64,000 nucleotides of DNA, taken from positions 80,724,001 through 80,788,000 of the forward strand of contig OZ024742.1 of NCBI GenBank assembly GCA_964016885.1. The letters are read 5' to 3'. Made by a program: the position numbers and the translations under genes. The DNA is from Eledone cirrhosa. Lineage: Eukaryota. Within the stretch, counting starts at the first letter, position 1. Each line of letters opens with the position of its first letter. Under the pieces are notes generated by a model, which searched no databases, was not told the origin of the DNA, and saw only the letters and a program-made list of their open reading frames with translations. Below, one piece after another: positions 1 to 15,017 of the stretch.

Positions 1-378
1 TATAAACAGTTTGGGGGAAATAATCTTCAATACAAAACAAGACAAGAAGTGTAAAGAGATACATCGTAGGAGGTATGTTAGAAAATCATTTACACAAATA
101 ACACAAACAGGAATTACAAATCTAATTTAAATGAAGTTATATTTTAGTGCGAGTGGTTTTGTTGATTAGCAATATGAATATATTTAACTACTTCTGGAAG
201 TTAAAAATATGATTGTAATTCCTGCTTCGTATGTGGCAGGAGGACTGGTTATATACTTTAAAATAGTGGATGAGCTTTCAGTATACTTAATTTTAAGCAT
301 TGGGTTATTTTCGCTGCTGGGCAGACGGCTATTTGTCTTTTGCTACGCTAATTTTAAATTAATCATATATGATGACAG

Positions 379-445
<67 letters not shown>

Positions 446-469
446 TCTTCTTTTTATTAATATTCGAAG

Positions 470-2320
470 GAGTGCCGCGACTCTCGATGACCGCAGCGCT
501 GTATTGGGAAAAGCCGATAACAGCAGATGGAATACGGGAAGCCATGGCTGTCGGCACGAGGGGTAAATCACCAGGTTTGGATGGCCTGACCTATAAGGTT
601 TATACTAACAAGCTAGACTTATTCGGGGACGTCTTGGCAGACGTCTATTGCGACTGACATCAGATCGGGAGCATTCCCAGGTTTGTGAGTCGCGGGAGCA
701 GTGGGGCTGCGGAGAAACGTTCAAGATTTTGGCCAAGGTGTTAGCAACGAGATTGGCGCTTGTAGTCGGTGATCTGGTGGGAGAGGAGGTGTCATACGCC
801 ATTCCATTCAGATCCATCCACGACAATCTCCATCGCATGCAATATATTATACAGAGGGTGGATAAGGAACCTGGCACGGGTGGAGCCTTGATAAAGTTGG
901 ATCAATACAAAGCATTTGATAGGGTGGATCAACGGTAACTGGCAGCGGTCCTCGCAGCGGCCGACTTCGGGTCCGTCTTCGGGGATTGGATCGCTGCAAT
1001 GCACAGCGACATCTGCTCAGTTGTGTGGGTGAACAGTCAACTGTCACATCCATTCAGCATCATCGCTCAGTCAACCATGTTATCCCCTCTCGTCCCTTTT
1101 GTACGTATTGACCCTCGAGCCGTTACTACACAAACGTAAACTGGGATGCGGGAGATCCTTATCGGCTTACGCCGACGACGTCAGCGTCGTGGTCTCGAGC
1201 ACCAGACACGTCCAGATGGTTGGTAACGCTCTCAAGGAATACGAAGCGGTGACAGGAGGCGGAGAGGGTGGCCCCTCTCACTTCAAAATGGAGCGCCTCC
1301 TCTTCCGTTTTTTGTTGACGGGGCGTTCTCCCAAGTATAGACGTTCTATCGGCTGCCAGCACTCGTTGCATGGAGGCTAGGAATGCCGTGGCTGATGATG
1401 CACAAATATGCGCTGACGCTGCGACATCTCTGGTGCTTCCTTGAACGTGAACAGTTGTGGTCGCTGTTTGCCAGACGCGTTTTTTTCCCAGCCCATTCAT
1501 TAAGGGATCTGCTGTCTTGGATAACTAAATGACCGAGGGATAGCGGTTGGAGCCTTTTACCCGCTGGGCTCTAGTTTCGGTGGAACATCCACCTCGGTGG
1601 CCATGGTGAATTAGATTGTATGCTGGACAAGGTAGAACGCATTGAAGATGGTCACTTTGCTCACCGGTGAATCCCTGATTAATTTTTTCAAATTTCACTT
1701 GGAGAGGAACATCATGGTGGAAAGGCAAGTGATGCCTTCTAGTAACTTGTTAAAAGGTGGGTGAAAGTGGCAAAACTGGTCTGACTGAACGAGACCATTC
1801 TGAGTATTCGCCTGTAGACTGAGGAGTTGAAGATCTGAGAGAGAGGGCAGTTGCCGCGACGGTTTGGGTGACCGTGGTCTTTTGTGTAGTTTTCGCCATG
1901 AGTGACCCTCGGAGGTTTCCCTCCTATTTTTGTTGTTTGAAATTTTGATTTGCTTTTACCAATTTTTATCTTCTTGTTATTACCTTTTCACACGGCCAAA
2001 ACCCACTTTGTAGTGTTCTGTGCCGTCTGTAATGTTTTTTCTTGATGAACTTGTGGCCAAAACAGAAGCCAATGTCCTACATCTGCTGTCCCGTGTAGGA
2101 CGGATCCGGCTATCAGCTGAGTCCATCATGATGATTACCCCGCCGCCCTCCCTTAAACAGGAGGGGCTGGCAGTTTTTAACTGACTGGTGGCCATGGTAA
2201 AAGAGATCGTATTGTGGACGCGTGTGAAAGGTTTGACGCGGGGCACTCTCCTCTTCGGAGAGGCCCTCATTATCGTTTTCAGGTGGAAACTCAGGGTGGA
2301 GAGAGAAGTACTACCGTACC
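470..2320 (+). mobile_element. Degenerate non-LTR retrotransposon (Tx1/L1-like) reverse transcriptase remnant
   Basis: Frameshifted RT motifs in order: GKSPGLDGL, FKILAKVLATRL, ALIKLDQYKAFDRVD, YVLTLEPLL, SAYADDVSVVV. A C-terminal segment at ~2030-2310 (LVAMVKEIVLWTR) follows, and stops and deletions interrupt it. Confidence 0.85.
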
Positions 2321-3129
2321 GCCTGTTTTTTTGAAAGTTTTTTGAAAGTAAAATTTAACAATGACTGTTATTCGGTAGTATTGGTAAAGCGTTGGACAAC
2401 ATGTTTTGCAGCATATATCATAGTTATGATCCTTTAGGAACATCTACAACACTGAAGAACCACAATGTGGACGATCTAAGTTTGCATCACTACCTTGACA
2501 TTGCTTCAGATATGAGTGAAAGCTAAATGGTAAACCATGCCAAGGTGAACACTACCATCACAACCCCTGTTAACGCTACCATTACCGACATAAACATCGA
2601 ACCGACTTCGGTTACGAACATAAACAAGACAAGCAGCAACAGCAAGAGTAACTGAAACGGTGAAAGCACAAACAACAAACACAGCTAAAACAAAAGCGTC
2701 AAACTTTCAACGGTCCAAAGATCGAGAAATCAAACGAAGGATCCAACAGCTCTGTTAAGTCGCCAGCAATCAAATCTCCTTGCTAGTCGGCCAGAGAAAA
2801 ACGGCACGTTTTAAAAAAAAGAGAGGCCCCTAGTAGAAACAAAACAAAGATTACCACTTATTCAGCTGCTTTATTTACGCGGGTACAAAACCAATTGTAA
2901 AAGACTGTTCTCAGAGAGGAGTGACTAAAGGACGCAAAGAAGATGCTACGAGAAATGTGTCACAGTTTCATCCTCAAGCCTCCGCCCGAAATGATGGAAA
3001 CAACACTTCCTTGTACAATGACATACAGTATAATTGGTATTAAGTAATGTCGGGTTGAGGAATTAGCGCATCCAATATACAAAAAGCCTTGTAATGCATG
3101 TTGGGATGTAAACATATATTGCCCAAATG

Positions 3130-3197
<68 letters not shown>

Positions 3198-3346
3198 TAT
3201 ATATATATATATATATGCAAAAGTGTTATTTAAAATTGTTGGGTTACAACAAGTAAATATTTTATAACTGATATAAAGCACTCAGCAAGTTTTGGAGTAG
3301 ATATACGATATTAAACAAATGGAAACTATATTTATAAAACCATATT

Positions 3347-3412
3347 TATTTCATTATACATATTTCAGGGATACCATATTAAAAATATGGCATGCCTTCT
3401 TCAGATAAAATA
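3347..3412 (-). ncRNA. Type I hammerhead ribozyme motif (PLE pLTR)
   Basis: Inverted copy of 5739-5804 with intact CTGAAGA and GAAA core. Confidence 0.7.
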
Positions 3413-5043
3413 CAATATATAAGCAGTTTTATAAATAAATTTGACGTACCATATATATTGATCAACTTGTATGTAAGAAGTTGGTTTGGTAGTGAGATGT
3501 TTATAAATATTTAGTGTTAAGCACAGTTAGAAAGAAAGACGGAGAAAAAGAAGAAATGTATGTAAAGAAAAAAAAAGAGAGAGATAGAGAGAGAGATAGG
3601 GGAGAGAGAAATAGTGAGGGGGTGAAAAATGAGAGGCAGCTGAGGCAACAGATGAATAATAATAATTCATCATACACATTGAGAGATTTAGGAGGGAGGG
3701 AGTACTGTAATTATTTAGTTATAGTGTTAAGGAGCCGGAGAGAAATAAAAAATAAATCAAGAGAAAACAGAGGGGTAGAGAAAGATAGAGGTGGGGGGAA
3801 AAAGAGGTAGACCAAATAATAATAATTATATATGGGGAGGTGAGAGAAATAGGAGAGAAGTAAGAGAGAAAACAAGAGAGAAGCTCGAGAGGCAAAGTTA
3901 AAATAACCGATACTTAAATTTCATCATGTATAAAGAGGGAGGAGAAGAAAGAGCTATATCTAGAGAGAAGGATGATAGATTTACAAGTTTACGTTATGTC
4001 CTATCAATTTGAATTATCAATTCATATGAATTGGGTATTATAATGTAAATATCAATATTCATGAATGAGACATAGATATATAATGTGTGAAAAATAATGA
4101 CCATATGTTTAGTTTAAAAATTCTTAGGTCGATGTACCAAAAACTGAGATAAAACTTCAAAAAATACGGAAATGCATATGTATATATGTACTTTCCGGAA
4201 AAGGAAAGAAAGAGAAAAAGAGAAGGTCATCTCAAGTTCTAGGTGACACTATAGACATACCCGTGATCTTACGTGATCAACTCTGTAATTTCTTATTTCA
4301 CAGGAAACAATTTTCCCTTGTGTTATAAAAGATTTTACTATATATATATATATACATACATATATATACATAAAACTATATATTAATATTAATACTCCTG
4401 CCCTCACATACATGATTATCGTTCATGTATAGAATATTATGCATATCTGTAACATATCCAGAACTATAGCCACACATACATATATATATATATATGCGTG
4501 CGCACATATATGTACATGGACAGATACAATAAACAGATAAAATAGAATATACTCTGTAATCATTCCATATTCATATTAATACATATGGCCTTTGCACAGA
4601 GACAACAGATATTAATATATCGGCACAGAGATATCTAAACGTTAAGAATATTTTCATCACTCCCTAGAGTATCTAGGGCGTAATAAACACAGTATGCCCC
4701 CATATCAACCACAGAAATCTACCCTTCCAATTTATCTGACAATATATTGCCAAGTTCATTAGAAGCAATCAGAATCAAAAAGCAAACAAAAGACCAACAA
4801 TTATTCAACAAAACTTATTTAGCAGAAATCATTTAAAAGATTTAGGAGACCCTGCTCTTATATTTAGTATAGAAGTTTATCTAGCGTAAAATTTATTCAA
4901 TAGATTGGGAGCATCAACATTTTAGGGTAGTTTAATTACATCATTGGTATATATTTATGAAGAAGGTTTAAAAGAAAAAGTTGAAGGAATCGAAAGATTT
5001 ATCGTCAGGTTTCATAATTAATTAAATATCTTAACTAAATATA

Positions 5044-5400
5044 CTACATTTTAAATTTATATTTATATTTAAACGTTGAGTTCAATCTATGTCTGCAGCA
5101 ACTGAATAAATTGCTCCTTAAATTAAGGGAATGTTTAGATTTTAATATAAAGAATATCTCCTCCACGCAGAGGTCACATGTCTCAGATGAGGAATTAAAA
5201 GGAATCCCTCTTGAGACTATATTCCAAAACATCGAATATCCAACGTTATCATGTTTAAGTTGCCAGAGTAAGCCTGATAGTGAAGTTGAAGATTTTTTGT
5301 TTGGATCTGTGAAAGAATTCTTATGATTATTATAGCGAAGTTTAAATTCTGTCGAGGTGGAACCAACATAGTTAAAAGAATTTAAGTTAGTTTTAACATT
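5044..5400 (-). pseudogene. PLE GIY-YIG endonuclease C-terminal fragment
   Basis: Translates to NYVGSTSTEFKLRYNNHKNSF...WNIVSRG...CDLCVEEIFFI...LNLRSNLFSCCRH. Confidence 0.85.
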
Positions 5401-5738
5401 TTTTTTATTTCTCTCCGTCTCCTTAACACTATAACTAAATAATTACAGTACTTCCTCCCTCCTAAATCTCTCAATTTGTATGATGAATTATTATTATCCA
5501 TCTGTTGCCTCAGCTGCCTCTCATTTTTCATCCCCTCACTATTTCTCTCTCCTCTATGTCTCTCTATCTCTCTCTCTGTTTTTCTTTACATACATTTCTT
5601 CTTTTTCTCCGTCTTTTTTTCTAACTGTGCTTAACACTAAATATTTATAAACATCTCACTACCAAACCAACTTCTTACATAAAAGTTGATCAATATTTAT
5701 GGTACGTCAAATTTATTTATAAAACTGCTTATATATTG

Positions 5739-5804
5739 TATTTTATCTGAAGAAGGCATGCCATATGTTTAATATAGTATCCCTGAAATATGTATAATGA
5801 AATA
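5739..5804 (+). ncRNA. Type I hammerhead ribozyme motif (PLE pLTR)
   Basis: TATTTTAT-CTGAAGA-agg..stem II..cct-GAAA-T(ATGT)A-TA-ATGAAATA. Stem I is 8 bp including one G-U, and stem III is minimal. Confidence 0.7.
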
Positions 5805-6949
5805 AATATGGTTTTATAAATATAGTTTCCATTTGTTTAATATCGTATATATATATATATATATATATTGGGAAATTACATGTGAGGCTTTTATCGGAGA
5901 CAAAATCCCTCACGCTATAACCACTAAGCCGTTATGAGTTTAATCTGTTGCCGTCCTAGTGATGGTAAATGTTTCTCTGTAAATCAGGTTGACCCAAGTG
6001 TTACCTGCAATAGCTATTTCTTGGATAGTAGCTCTGTTCTTTTTTATATTCAGTACAAAAGAGAGAATAACTGGTCTTCGGTATTAAAAGAGAATATCCC
6101 CCTTAATAAGGATTGCAGCTACTCTTCCAAACGGGCAAATAGTAACTTGAGACCATCCCTGGGATTTGGAACGCAGAAACACAAAATCACGCATTTGGAT
6201 CTAGGACCTTCAATAAGTCATTCAGCTCAATCCAGTCCATGAGAGAAGAAATGTCACCCATATTTTTAAATCCCAAATCATCTACGGTGAGGAATAGCTA
6301 CGAATATAGTAAATAAAACACCATTCGTAGAGGTGTCACACGCAACTGTCTGAAGAGCACTTCCAGTATACAGATATAACCAACGGCAATCTGAAAAGTA
6401 TCTCCAAGACACATGGATGACATGATTTCCACAGGGCAAAATCGGATATGGTTTGTGGTGATGGTGATAAGTATCATACGAAAAAAATAAAGACAATCTT
6501 TCTAATATAGTAAACAATAATATAGAACAAAAAAATAAAAGACATAACCGACACAATGATATCAACACTATCAGTAATATAGCCACTACCAACTCCAACA
6601 CTATCATTATCAACCCGTACGAATCCCACCAGCATCAGCATCACCACAACTGCAGATAGCACAGTTACCGAGACCCTGTCAAATAGAAGAGAGTCCTCAC
6701 ACCCAACAATAACATGAATGCAACCAAAACAAACCCATCAATAAGTATAACATAACACACAAACTTAATCATGAAGCAATTGAAAAAATACAACACCCGA
6801 ATAATAATTCTACCACAACTCAAAAGTATGCAAATCACATAATATTCTTGTATATAATAAAACTGGAAATCCCCGATGTAATTTAAGAATTCGTGTAAGT
6901 ATTACCAAAATAATTAAAGGCTAACATGTTATTGGAATTATCACAAGAT

Positions 6950-7675
6950 TATGTCAGATTTCTCACTTGTCTCTCTTTTCATATACATGACTTTATTCAG
7001 AATAGCCAGAGTAATTCACAAGGTCTGGAGTTGTCATATGAGCAAGAGCACCAGATTAGGATCCGACATCACAGAATTGTTTCGTAAAAGCTTCAATTTC
7101 CCGATACGGATTATCTTATTCATCCTGAAATTGGTTGTGCCGGACATGACCAGTAGCGCCAGAGAAGACTTCATGATAATAACCGTTCATGCTCCAACAG
7201 CGGTAGCAACAGCCTGTCATTTTCTGCAGACTGGGGTATTTTCTAGGAACGGACACTTCTTTAGTGTTAGTGGAAGACTGGAACGTTATGAGAGGTACCT
7301 TGTGTGGGATGTGACTTTTCACCACGTAGGTATGTCTTCAAATTGATTGAGACCAGGGACTCATGCAATTATTTTGCTAATGGTCATGTTGAACAGACAC
7401 AGGGACACACGTGGATGCCTCACTAGACCATACAGTGCCAAACAGCGAAATCTACTATAGATTTGCAGGATCTTAAGCCGAAATATTCATATATACACAC
7501 AAACACAATATGTATATATGTACACATGATCGGATACGTTTCTCTCCCATTTATCAGGTTTTGTTTTTTATCCTGCAGCGTGCCCAAGTACACTAGGTGC
7601 AGGTACCGGTTTAGTTACCGATGACACGATTATATGACAAGTTGTACTGGATTACATGTTACCAGTAGCATTAAG
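6950..7675 (-). mobile_element. Probable decayed LINE (RTE-like) 5' region
   Basis: 7545-7672 is homologous to 42040-42185 (caggttttgttttt.tcctgcag...gtactgg..tacatgttaccagtagca). The family call rests on resemblance only. Confidence 0.35.
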
Positions 7676-9934
7676 GTTTGATTTAACTCAGTCATTACAT
7701 AACATTAAGGTAATTTCTGCAAAGCAGGCAATAAGTTAATAATACTTTTAGATGATCTGGAGCGATATTTTGAAGTCTGGAACTGATTGTTCATAATTGC
7801 CTGTACTGGGGCCAATTATGAAAGATCAAAAGTACCTTGAATTGTTGACGGAAATCTAAAACGACATATCCACATATATACATACAATATATTTAGGCAC
7901 GCTAATGCACTTTGATACAGAAAACATATTGTGCAAGTAGGTTAAGATCACAATCCTACAGAGGCCTGGAGACATACGTGTCCAAACATCCATTGGAATG
8001 TTGTAGGATTAAACACATGATCTCAGACTAAAAACATCCAACTCAATAGCCTTATTGTAGGCAGTTAAGCATGTAGGTTATAAAGTGATTTCACGGAAAT
8101 ATTGCCAGGTTTATATATATAGCACCTCTTGTGAGTATGTATCATTATGTGCACATTGATGATATTTGTACGTGTATACTAAATGCAACAAATAAAATAA
8201 ACATTAGTATCGTCACAGTATACTAACATATGTGTAATGGCATACATATTCATAGGCATATGTATTTGTGTATTCCTGTGTATATATTTCACGAATTATA
8301 TCTAGATGAACGATTTACGGAGGGAATGCAAATTGGAGACATAACTGATATATCAGCATGGCCATAGTGTCGCATCCTAGATGATGGCTTCAGTATCTTT
8401 GAGAATTTACAATAATACTTATTTCCCTCGCCTGATACTATTTTCATCCTAATTACACTAGATCTAATAATACACTAAAGAAAATGTATATAGAATCATT
8501 TATTTATAATAGATATTCTATGAAAAAATACCATACGATAGTATCATACACAATATATGAAGTAATGAAATACATCTTTAAAGTTTCATGTCATGATGAG
8601 TACATACATAACAGATAACATTTATTTATAACATTTATTTTGGATTTACTAAATTATGTATGCATTAAAATGTCAGTATCCAAGAAAACCTAAATGTCAG
8701 TAGAAATTTTACAATGCCATTATTTAAAAATATATATTGATTAATAATAAATAAATAGATAACACACTGTAAACAAATTCAGACATTTCCTGAAATGCTC
8801 ATTCATCATGGCATATCAACTCCTTTCAATATATTACAGCACTTCAGATATTAAAGATTGTCAATGAATTTATTAACGAATTCCCCAAATATTGTGTAGG
8901 AAACCCTTGAACATTAAAATAATATCTAAATTAGACTGGATAATTACTACTAATTCGCTGTTAGAGAAACAGATTTTTTTGTGGGGGTTGGGTTTGCTAT
9001 AATTATGTTTAACGTCATACGGATTTATGAATTTTCATTAAAAAGCCTTTCAAAAGAAGGATTATAGAAAGCAACGTAATTGCAATTATAAATATTGTTT
9101 CAATAGTGAATGTCTAACAATGCTAAGGAGAATACACCCATAGATGCAGATACACCAATACCTTCACAAAAGCAATCAAATGCTTAAAATATATGTGAGC
9201 TAAAAACAGAGTATCCTAATATCACGAATTTATAAATATATAATTGATTATGATATTACTAAAAAGACAATAAACACAAACATTCGCACACCAAGAGGAT
9301 TAAAGTGTATTAAGTAAATAGATATGCCATGTTTGAAAAATGAATTATCACCGTCATAACATGCCATGATGATAATTGTTAAATCTTACATTTTCTTTGA
9401 TGATGGAATCAGAATAAATGACGCGGATGAATGCCATGTTTATTCATGCCTAAACAGAAAGAAAATTGGCGAATTTTTCTTCAAAGCATATTCAGAAATA
9501 TATATTAACAGTAGAATGAGAGTAAAGGAAAGCAATAGCTTCTAATCTGCACACATACGTATGCAGTAAGCTGCATACCAAAATGCAGACATACATACAT
9601 ATACACGCACAAATACATGCACACGCAAAATCAAACACATATACACATGTATGTGCATGTTTGTATATGTGTGTGTTTATGTATTTGGAATTTGTGTGTG
9701 AATTGCATTTAATTATTTATACATGCATTCCTGTACATATATTGACAAAGATGTATATAGATTTAATACACGGCTACATTAAGAGTAATGATTTATATTT
9801 AGAGTAAAATAAATTACATATGCGTTAATAATTGATAAATTTCCTCATATGGATTATTCCATAATTGGTTTTACTCATCTCGACAGGAAGTAATTTTCGA
9901 CATATACTTGATAGATGTCATGCAACATGCTACG

Positions 9935-10541
9935 AAATCTGAGGTACTCGTCCTCTCGAGGAAGCCTGTACATTGCACTCTACATGTGAATGGAATTCCA
10001 CTGAAGCCAGTGGAGATTTAAAGCATCTCAGAGCAATATTCACGAGTGCTGGAAGGATGGAGGTTGAATTAATTGCAGTAATCAAAAGGGAGGTAGATGT
10101 AAAAGCCAAACCGACTCTTCAATGCATCATTTCTGCCAACACTTACCTATAGTCATACATCTTGGGTAACGACCGAAAGAGTAATAGATCAGAGTGTCGG
10201 TCCAAATAGGACCACATCTCCGAATTGAGAGATCACAGTTTTGATATTATGGGCATGCGATTATAATGTGTCAGGAAAGAATCGATGGACATATTTTATA
10301 GGCAAATCCAACCGACAGGAGTCCAAGGGTTAGAAACCAAGCAAACTGTATGGATAACATACATGAGCTTAGCTCGTCTTGCTTGGGGATCCAGCTGTAT
10401 CATATGGAAACGGTTGCTTTTGACAGGAATAATTGAAATGTGTGCTGGAAGGCTCTGCCTTCACAACCCTCTCAGGAAGAAGAAGAAGAAGAAGAAGAAG
10501 AAGAAGAAGAAGAAGAAGAAGAAGAAGAAGAAGAAGAAGAA

Positions 10542-10572
<31 letters not shown>

Positions 10573-10635
10573 AAGAAGAAGAAGAAGAAGAAGAAGAAGA
10601 AGAAGAAGAAGAAGAAGAAGAAGAAGAAGAAGAAG

Positions 10636-10665
<30 letters not shown>
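9935..10665 (+). mobile_element. RTE-clade LINE 3' fragment ending in a long (GAA)n tail
   Basis: Decayed EVLVLSRKPVHCTLHVNG..FKHL..IFTSAGRME..FLPTLTYSHTSWVTTER, followed by (GAA)n at 10475-10665. Confidence 0.7.
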
Positions 10666-10666
<1 letters not shown>

Positions 10667-10768
10667 TTTATCATCAGATTTTAATCTGAGATTACAATTT
10701 GGTAAATGCAGAACGTTTATGGTGTATAGAATTAATTCTATGAGTCGTTCATTTATGACAGAATGTAG

Positions 10769-10799
<31 letters not shown>

Positions 10800-11456
10800 A
10801 TATATTGAACCTACTCACAGAAACATTTTTCAAAGTTTAATGTCTGATAAGATTTATATACCTATCGAAACACTACATTCTCCACTCCGAGAAATGATGA
10901 CAGATAAACGCCAGCAAATTATGAAACTATACGAAAAGACAAATCAATTTTACCCAATATATACAGAAGTATGGATTGGGAACTTTAAGAAAATTCAATG
11001 TCCTCCTATTCTACGAATTTTGTCAGCCAACATCGAGGAAAAACAAATGGGCAATGGGAAGATTTTTTTTCATAGAGAAATTCACACCAAACCTGAATTC
11101 CTGGAGCACATAATTTTTATTAATACCTGGTTAAACCTTAGTTACCTGCCTTGTAAACCATTGTGTTTCCCTCGATAAAGGGTGAACATATAGAGCCAGT
11201 TGCATGCACTGTTTTAACAAACACATAAATGACACTAACATTACAAATGGAAATTTAGAAATTTGGACAGAGAGATTTTCTGAAAAGCGGAACCAGTCAA
11301 ATACAAAAGTAAAGTAATTATGTTTTTGTGTGTTCTATACACCTAACATGTAATTAAAATAAATAAATATACATTAAGTGCTTTTTTTTCAAATAGATAT
11401 TATTTTTTTCCTCTACAACACGATTTGTATAGATATAATTAATCTACCAACATTGT

Positions 11457-11595
<139 letters not shown>

Positions 11596-12226
11596 CTTTA
11601 TAAACAACAATCAAAACCGGCCGGAATCAAACTTTTTATTAAAATTTATTTTAGAGATATATCCACATTCTTAAATTTATATTCATTTATGCACATGCTT
11701 TAATAAACTGTTATAACTTTTTTAATGCTATGTGTTCATTTGCTAATTATGATATATGCCTTGAACTATATTTAATGTTACTATAGCAGCATATTTCTCT
11801 ATACCAGTGTGTTTTAAAGATTTTTTATGCATTGAGCAGCTCATATTGAATTTATATACTCATATTTTTCACATGCCTCTTCTATCTTTGATTGTTGTTT
11901 ATACAATATTTAGGCTTTGTAATATACTTGTCATCTTACATTGAGCTATTCTCATACTTGTAATTGGATAATATTTACTAATACACTCATATATATATAT
12001 ATGTGTGTAACTCCGATATAAAATCTGCGGCTCAGTAATAACCGATGATGTTAATCTCTTCTTTTCGGGTTATAGCTACTGTCGCTCTGAGAGTGGGATT
12101 GGCTCAGTGCACAATCTTTCCTCACTTTAACAAATATCTTCACGCACACGCAGTGCACGATAGGATTAATTAATAATTATTAATAATGGTATATCATTCA
12201 ATGGCCATAGTCGATAACGAGGGGAA

Positions 12227-12288
<62 letters not shown>

Positions 12289-12291
<3 letters not shown>

Positions 12292-12600
12292 GTATAATAA
12301 ACAATACAATATAATTACCTCATTACCAGAGGTTTCCCGAATAAGACGAATACGAAAGAAACGTCCTCATTCGTTCGTCGGACGAGGCAATATAAAACAT
12401 AGTGAAATATTTGGAAAGTCGCCTCAAGAAATCTCAAGAACGAGGACGTTTCTTTCGTATTCTTCTTATTCGGGAAACCTCTGGTAATGAGGTAATTATA
12501 TTGTATTGTCTATTATACATTAAATTTTGCTCTGGTACTTATATAGAGCACTCTTCACTCCTATCCCCTTTTCAATTTTCAACGGAAACTTCAATACTTA
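12289..12600. mobile_element. Short PLE pLTR insertion with inverted arms in (TA)n; decayed HHR
   Basis: 12289-12368 is the reverse complement of 12442-12520. It contains CTCAAGA..GAAAcctctgGTA, and its tail (gctctg..atagagcactc) resembles 29040-29145. Confidence 0.65.
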
Positions 12601-12619
12601 TATATATATATATATATAT

Positions 12620-13983
<1,364 letters not shown>

Positions 13984-14064
13984 GAAAGGTATAGAACATA
14001 TTGTAGCAAAAATCCAACAGTATTCCATAATAATATATATATATGTATGAAATATAGATTAATA

Positions 14065-15017
14065 TCTATATATTAATTTGAACAATGTCAGTATTCCGTG
14101 TGTCATAATTCTCGATTATCATTGGGTCATAGGTTTCAAACGCCTCCGCCGACTTCAATGACGCCAAACTGAAACGAATATGCATAATGCCAATGAGGGA
14201 GTTAGAGGGGAGAGTGTGAACGCTGTGTTGGATACACTATGTATATGTGTCAGTGTAGAGACATGTGTGTATGATGTCTGTGGAAATAAGAGGGGGAGGA
14301 AACCAATACATATTAACATGTGTGCATGTGTATGTACGTCCGCGAATGTTTATGTATGTATGTGTGAGTGCAGCGTCCCACAGAAAGTAAAAACTATCAA
14401 CATGTTTGAGTGTGTGCGTGTGTAAGTTTGCATGCGTGTGCGCGGAGTTTCCATGTATGTACGTGTGTGTGGCGTTCTTGCAGTTTATATGTCTGTGTGC
14501 CTGTCTGTCCGTCTAACCTACACAGAGTTGTGAAGGGTGTAAATAGTATAATTTATTGTTTATTTATTATAGCTGACCACTTATAGATAATCATGTTATC
14601 CATATCCATATCAATTTGGCATTTGTACAAACCATTTCAAATAAATAGGGACCTTTTTTACATTGACGGACATCTTTTATATTAATTATCTCTATCTAAA
14701 TCTACATATAATATAAAAATTGGAACTTCCATCATCCTTTTGAGAAACGTGGAACAACCACGTCTATGCAATGATTCACGTTTTACAGTCAGGCAGCAGC
14801 AGAGCATTTCTTAGAGGTCGCTATTCCAGGTGGGAGCGCCTAGAATTGTTCATATAGTATATCTGGAATATTTGTTTTACTGATTTTTGTATCACACAGA
14901 CACATATGGACTCGCTTTAGACTGTAATCAGACAAACATCCAATAAGTGTCATTTTCTCTTTTACCTGTCTTTTCTTATCATCTGTTTACCCGGGCGAAG
15001 CTGGGTACGACAGCTAG
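14065..15017 (+). mobile_element. Non-autonomous Helitron, unit 1
   Basis: Starts A|TCTATATATTAATTTG and ends with hairpin tacccgggcgaagctgggta followed by CTAG. Confidence 0.85.

Larger units (their letters stand above)
3217..5847 (-). mobile_element. 5'-truncated Penelope-like element with inverted pLTR copy, inserted in (TA)n
   Basis: GIY-YIG C-terminus on the minus strand at 5044-5400. A ~450-bp inverted repeat (3300-3755 vs 5400-5847) carries an HHR in each arm, and (TA)n arrays flank both ends. Confidence 0.85.

Noticed and set aside
5870-6480. Possible very old GIY-YIG remnant (also 2830-3130 and 53760-54000)
   Set aside because: Only scattered residues resemble PLE motifs, which is too degenerate to support without a profile search.
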